Below the pieces are notes generated by a model. That model searched no databases and had not been told where the DNA came from. It saw only the letters and a program-made list of their open reading frames with translations. The position numbers and the translations under genes were made by a program. This document shows, piece by piece, positions 62,481 to 64,000 of a stretch of DNA of 64,000 nt. The number at the start of each line of letters is the position of its first letter. Within the stretch, counting starts at the first letter, position 1. Source of the DNA: Lama glama (taxonomy: Eukaryota); assembly GCA_028534125.1 (NCBI GenBank), contig CM052816.1, forward strand, positions 17,548,001 through 17,612,000, in the 5' to 3' direction.

Positions 62481-63719
62481 TATTTAAAGAATGTACCAGG
62501 CTATTGGGATAGGAAGCCCCGAGGGGCCATATAGAGAATTTGGGGAGGATTATTTCCTTTCTCTTTGTTGGGATGTTAAGAATCATTTTCTCAACATTGG
62601 TGTCTTAATTTCCCTGATGGCCTAATGGAGGTAATTGTGTTGACTTTTGCCAGTGTCAGGGGGGATATTTAAGGCTTCATTATATTTAAGAATTTTTTAA
62701 AATTTATTCTTATAGGTTAAGATTATGAAAATAAACTGCTACTATTTTATATCAGAAAAATACAGGTTTATAAAAAACTATTAGTTACATATTTTGACTA
62801 ATATCAGTCTGCATTATTGGGATACACCGAACAATATTCATTGCAGCTGACACTAAGGATTTACCATGGGGCAGGCAGCCTATTAGGTGATAAACTCCTG
62901 GAATCTTTAAAAGCAGCCTGTATGGTAGGCAGTTGTATGGTTCTCCTTTTAGTGTTAGGAAGTGGTGGAGTTGTGGCAGGGAATCAATCCGACTCATGAT
63001 TTTGTGTTCTTAACCATAGTGCTCTGTCCCTCCCACACCAGAAAGCATAACACTTGGGCTCTTTGAAGGTTCTATTTAAGTCAGTGATGAATGCAAATGA
63101 TTATTTTTCAGAATTCAGGTGAAGTGTATTCAGAGTGTGGCTCTTTTAGACAATGTCATCCCCAATAATGAGGTTTAATGCAATGTGTATTAAAATGCAC
63201 CCCATGTGAGGGCATCCTGAAAGAAATTACTTGGTTGATTTTTACAGTGGGCAGAAACACAATGGAATGATAGACGACATGAATTCAGGTAATCTCTGGA
63301 TTAAAATTCTGAGCAGTCAAAGGGCATCTTGCACAAAAGGTTGAATTTCCTGATAAGCTCCAAATTATATTCCCACCTTATTTAAGAATATGTGTTGGCA
63401 GGTTTAACAAGATCTTGGCACATTCTAATTTGAGATTTATTACAAGATGTGTGCATGTTTAATAGGGGCTTAATTATTCATATCCACATCTTCCTGACAC
63501 TAACTTACTTCAGCTGTAGATAAATTCCTGCTACATGGGGAAATACTGGCTTCTACTGTTGGCAAAAAAAAATACAGTGAATGGAAAATCGAATGCATAT
63601 GCAAGAAATTACCTAGGATAATCAGCTCCACTCAGGTAGGAGATTTGAGTGAGTAGGTGCCCATGTTCCTTGTAGGGCATTACCTAGAGGGCTCCTATAT
63701 GCCTCTGAACTCCAAGACC

Positions 63720-63960
63720 CCGTGTCATGGAAAGAGCTCACATTCTGGAGTCAGGCTTAGTGGAGGTCAGTTCCAGTTATGTCCTAATGATTGTGTGCCC
63801 TTGGGCTGATTTGATTTCCCAAAGTGTCTAGGCCTCAGCTTTTTTGCATATGAAGGAGGGTACCTGTGCTTCTCTCAAATGGTTGATGCTAGGATGAATC
63901 CAAACATTTGTCAAATAAGGAGCAAAGCGCATGGTATGGGGAGCACCAGATGGAAGCTGC
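63720..63960 (+). mobile_element. MIR SINE
   Basis: 'atggaaagagc..attctggagtcag...tgtgtgcccttgggc...ggcctcag.tt'. Confidence 0.7.
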
Positions 63961-64000
63961 CTTCCTTTCATTTTCTCTCCTCCCATCATCCACTCCTTTG

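Noticed and set aside
1..64000. CRISPR array, operon or other prokaryotic-type system
   Set aside because: No regularly spaced repeats or gene-dense regions; the sequence is clearly eutherian repeat-rich DNA

Overview
Mammalian, most likely camelid, genomic DNA. The taxon is inferred from a tRNA-Ala(AGC)-derived simple SINE resembling camelid Vic-1 and from artiodactyl-style L1 3' ends. I cannot support any intact protein-coding exon, RNA gene or prokaryotic-type system. The listed ORFs are chance frames, TE remnants or artefacts of two 500-N gaps. The window is dense in ancient eutherian repeats: MIR, L2, L1M, MLT1/MLT2 LTRs and the hAT elements MER102, MER58A and MER33. These are interspersed with repeat-free blocks rich in developmental TF motifs. 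L1 and LTR copies lie mostly on the minus strand, which suggests a large intron of a plus-strand gene that I could not identify. The most notable observations are: (1) an apparent highly degenerate chromovirus-like Ty3/Gypsy integrase and chromodomain fossil at about 1.4-3.1 kb (minus strand); (2) a non-TE stem-loop of about 60 nt directly after a strong 3' splice site at 29.9 kb; (3) a candidate internal promoter or first exon at 42.4-42.7 kb; (4) an unexplained A-tailed insert inside an MLT2 LTR. All repeat family calls were made by eye from remembered consensus sequences, and boundaries are approximate.
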